A stretch of DNA of 64,000 bases from assembly GCA_051294375.1 (NCBI GenBank), contig CM119263.1, positions 5,082,740 through 5,146,739 of the forward strand, given 5' to 3'. The notes under the pieces are model-generated. The model saw only the letters and a program-made list of their open reading frames with translations, ran no database searches and was not told the origin of the DNA. The position numbers and the translations under genes are program-made. This document shows positions 60,081 to 64,000 of this stretch, piece by piece (position 1 is the first letter of the stretch; each line of letters opens with the position of its first letter). Origin of the DNA: Paraspadella gotoi (Eukaryota > Animalia > Chaetognatha).

Positions 60081-61614
60081 GAGGGAAGACCGCTATAAGA
60101 AAAAGAAGCCAGGACTTATTTTCTTGATAATTTCTTATATCGATAGATGTGGAAGTTGATACGGCGAAAATAGTTGTAAATCTCAAGTTGTCGCTTAATC
60201 GGACCTCAGCATTGTGGAGAAAACTGTGCTTCAGGAAACCCATGCAAAACTTGCCACCCCCTTTTTTTCAACATCTCTCAGCCTTTTAAGATTTTCCGTG
60301 CGCCGATTACCTGAACTTGACTCTTACAACTTATAATTCCCGCAGATTAATTTTTTTTCTTTAAAGCGAAGCCGAAGGAATCCATTAACTTTACTGTTAT
60401 TTTATGATTTCTTCTGCAGTAAAAAAATATAATGAATAAGCACTTACATTGGGATATCTATGAAAGTGAAAATGTCTTGTGAAGCCGGTTGAGAGTTAAA
60501 TAATATAAAAGATTCGCCCTATTTTATTATTGAAAAAAATGACATAAAAGGTGCAAGTAGTTGAAGCGTCTTCCAGCTCCATCTTCAGATAAACAACCCT
60601 GTTCTACCCTAACATAAAATAATGTTTAACTTTTTGGCTGGTGGCAAAAAGAAAGAATAAATAGTTAGGCTGTGATGGGGTGAATATATTTTGTAGAATT
60701 ATTGCTAGCATGCTTGTACATATCAAGTGAAGCAAAATACGTTTATAGTGAAAAAAAAATTATATTTTCTTTATCCAAAAAACTTTAAAGTTTTACTATC
60801 AGTACAATTTAGCCTTTTTTCTTTGCAGAATCACTAAAAAGAATTAATTTTCATTTATTTTTAATGGGGGTTTTCGATTCAGTTTTAAAATTCATTAGTA
60901 AATTTTGACTTAAGTTTGACACTCACCCACTGTAAAGAGGTTTTCAAAGCAAAAATAAATTCTAATAATTGTAAATCTTGATGGCCTAATGATTCATCGG
61001 CTTATTTTGGCTAGCTAATTGCCATCCCTGTATCTTTGTTCCTTCAAGAGATATCAGGAAAAAATCAGTTTTTTCTCTCAACCTTCGCCTTTTAATTTCT
61101 TATTAAATAAAAATTCATGTTGTCAAACCAGACCAAATGGACCTTTTAGCAATGTTTGGTTTACTATGAAAGAGTTTGGTCAATAATGAAAAAGAAAAAA
61201 TTTGGGCAAAGCTCTTGAGACAAAGAGGCTTTTTAAATGCTCAAATTCGAAGGAATATTTATACCATGTTAACATACCCATAGCCGACCGTTTACAATTT
61301 TTTGAAAAAGCAAAATTTCCAGTTTCATTTCTATAGTAAAAACAAGGTTTTGAAAAATTCTCCGGAGATGACTAGTGCATTCCCGCTGGCTTGGTTTGAT
61401 AAATTAAGAGATCACTTTATCAAATGCCATACAGACGAATTTGGCTAGCTCTTAAGATATAAACGCTATCGGAATGCCAGTGTGTTTTTAGCAACTGTTT
61501 TTTTACGCCCGATTTCTGGCAATCTCGTTTGCAATTTTGGTAGTCAGATGTTATAACCAGGAAATCTCTATTAGAAAAATGTTGAATCTTTTTTTAAGCG
61601 AGATTCTGCGTCTA
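60081..61614 (+). mobile_element. ~1.5-kb decayed DNA transposon insertion (possible IS630/Tc1-like transposase remnants)
   Basis: Absent from the duplicate copy (single GGTAGAGT at 50337-50344). Flanked by GGTAGAGT at 60073-60080 and 61615-61622. Has degenerate inverted ends. Broken-frame peptides ERVWSIMKKK (~61170-61200) and DRLQ (~61285) resemble a Tc1-type C-terminus. Confidence 0.65.
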
Positions 61615-62429
61615 GGTAGAGTAAGAGAGAGAGTAAGGAGAGCAGAGAGAGAGAGGAGAGAGAGAGGAAGAGAGAGAGAGGAGAAGAGTGAGAGAGTGAG
61701 AGAGAAAGAGAGGATTTGATTTGATTTATTCTACTCATAATGTCAATCAAACATTACATTTACAATGCACAGGTCGTAAGAGAGGCCGACATGCAATTTA
61801 CTGTAGAGAGAGAGAAAGAGTGAGAGAGCAGAGAGAGAGAGAGAGGAAGGGAGAGGGAGAGAGAGAGAGAGGGAGATTAGAGCGAGGATGAGAGAGAAGC
61901 ATTGATCACTTCTTTTCATTTCTTGTTAATATCATTAAAAAAGCTTTTCTCTTTTCTCATTACAAGAAAGCGCCCTGGATTTTCAGTCTGTGGCACTCTC
62001 TCTCTCTCTCTTTCTTTCACTCTGTCTCTGTGTCTGTGTGTTTCTAATCCGTTATTTCCCTTTTTTCTTTCTTTCTTTCTATCTTTCTTTCATTCTATCT
62101 TTATTTCTATCTTTCTTTCTTTCTTTATATATTTCTTTCTTTCTTTCTTTTTTTCATTTCGTATTTTCTTAATTTCTGCCTTTCTCCTTTTTCGTCTCTC
62201 TCTCTGTCTCTGTCTCACTCTATATCCTTATCACTCTCTCTCTCTCTCTATTTTCTCTCTCTGTTCGTCTGCTTTTAATAAACTGCAGCGAAAATATCGT
62301 CGCGTTTCTGTCTCATTCCTAACGCCTGCGTCGTCGTCGTCGTCGTCGTCGTCGTTGTTATCCACGCTGCTGTCTTAATATGACGACGTCTATTAATATT
62401 GTTCTTGGCAGTCAGTGTTGCTGTCTTCT

Positions 62430-62460
<31 letters not shown>

Positions 62461-62770
62461 TATTCCCTCCGGCCAGTTGGACGTGGAACAATCAAAAGAC
62501 AGTCAAGAGCCCTCGTCGTCGTCGTTGTTGTCGTCGTCGTCGTCGTNNNNNNNNNNNNNNNNNNNNNNNNNNNNNNNNNNNNNNNNNNNNNNNNNNNNNN
62601 NNNNNNNNNNNNNNNNNNNNNNNNNNNNNNNNNNNNNNNNNNNNNNNNNNNNNNNNNNNNNNNNNNNNNNNNNNNNNNNNNNNNNNNNNNNNNNNNNNNN
62701 NNNNNNNNNNNNNNNNNNNNNNNNNNNNNNNNNNNNNNNNNNNNNNNNNNNNNNNNNNNNNNNNNAGAGA

Positions 62771-62804
<34 letters not shown>

Positions 62805-63233
62805 CGTGGTCATGTTGGTCTATCATATTCTTTGTTGTCATCCCCCACGTATGATAACGGCGAATCCTGTGTGAAAAAATCTGAAAAACTGAAAATCTGA
62901 CATAAAAAATATTTCGATTTTACTTTTATTTTTCATATCACTGATTAAAAGTTAAAAATGAAATGAAAATAAAAATGAAAGAGACATGAAAAAACATTGT
63001 CACGAAACATTGAACGAACTGAAACGAAATAAGATGAAATTAAAAAGTATCTATGAATTTGTTAAAGACGAAGTCGACGACGACGACGAAGACGACGACG
63101 ACGACGACACCACAAAATTCATCCGCTTCTATTAATAATTCTCGCTTCGTCCTCCTTTTTCCGGAAGCGCTTCTCTCCGCCATTTCAAAGCCGATTGCAA
63201 TCCTACCCCTCGAATGCTGACAAAATATTGGCT

Positions 63234-63332
<99 letters not shown>

Positions 63333-64000
63333 CACTCAACTCTTAAAAAATCTAAACAAGTCTGAAAAACCGATGGAGAGAAAAGACGACAAAAAAATGA
63401 GATAAGAGAATAAAAGAGAAAAGTTTGAAAATAAATAAAAACTGAATGAATAGAGAGAAAAATACAAAAAAAATTAAAATATATATATAATTAAATATTA
63501 TAGATTAAATAGTCATTGTCTTTTCGTCGTGTATTCGAATTTAAGGAAAAACAGGTTTTATAGGCGAAAACAACGATTTGTTTAATGGTGATACAATCGG
63601 ACATGTTTACTATCTAGGAAAAAAGTATGTCACATTTTTAGTCGTGTATAACTACTCAAAAACTTATTTGATTTTAGAAAAATCAGAAAGTTTCAGAATC
63701 TACATTAAATTTTTTTTTAGTTGCTTCCTTCCTTTTTTTTGTAGGTCAAATCGTTTAGAAGTTACAGGCCAAAAAACATCGCTACTTCAAATAAAAATGG
63801 CAAAAAAAATTATATTTAGTTTTTAACCATTTTTTGTATTTAGTTATTATTTTAATTACAAATAGAGTTAGTTATTTTTTTTAAATTGGTATTGCTAAAA
63901 GCATTGCACCTCTTTTTAGTTTCAATAAGTGCCATTATAACTCTCAGAAAAAAGGAAAAAACGCGTAATATCAACATCAAAACTTAAAAGAATTGCGTGA

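Larger units (their letters stand above)
45591..64000. repeat. Large direct duplication 45591-52940 / 55504-64000 (second copy runs off the window)
   Basis: Collinear throughout. The window's last 20 nt (AACTTAAAAGAATTGCGTGA) match 52921-52940. Differences are mostly 1-nt indels plus one 1.5-kb insertion. Confidence 0.93.

Overview
Eukaryotic (probably animal) draft-assembly DNA, AT-rich and saturated with (AG/CT)n, (GAC/GTC)n, (GTT)n and (GAT)n microsatellites. Almost all ORFs in the supplied track are microsatellite translations. One gene is well supported: a 3-coding-exon, predicted 856-aa patatin-like phospholipase fused directly to C-terminal TPR repeats (+ strand, 25323-28416). It has intact GxGxxG, GxSxG and DGA motifs and phase-compatible GT-AG introns. 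Three blocks are duplicated near-tandem (~0.3-3.8 kb, 5.6-10.1 kb, 45.6-64 kb). Their copies differ mainly by 1-nt indels and sit near 25-N gaps, so they are probably uncollapsed noisy long-read or haplotype copies. Comparing copies reveals two filled/empty insertion sites: a 626-bp fold-back hAT-like MITE and a ~1.5-kb decayed DNA transposon. Also present are a ~3-kb Helentron/DINE-1-like element, many minisatellites, two E-box clusters (one with CCAAT boxes), and several isolated candidate exons or micro-exons of lower confidence. I recognised no rRNA, intact tRNA or CRISPR array.
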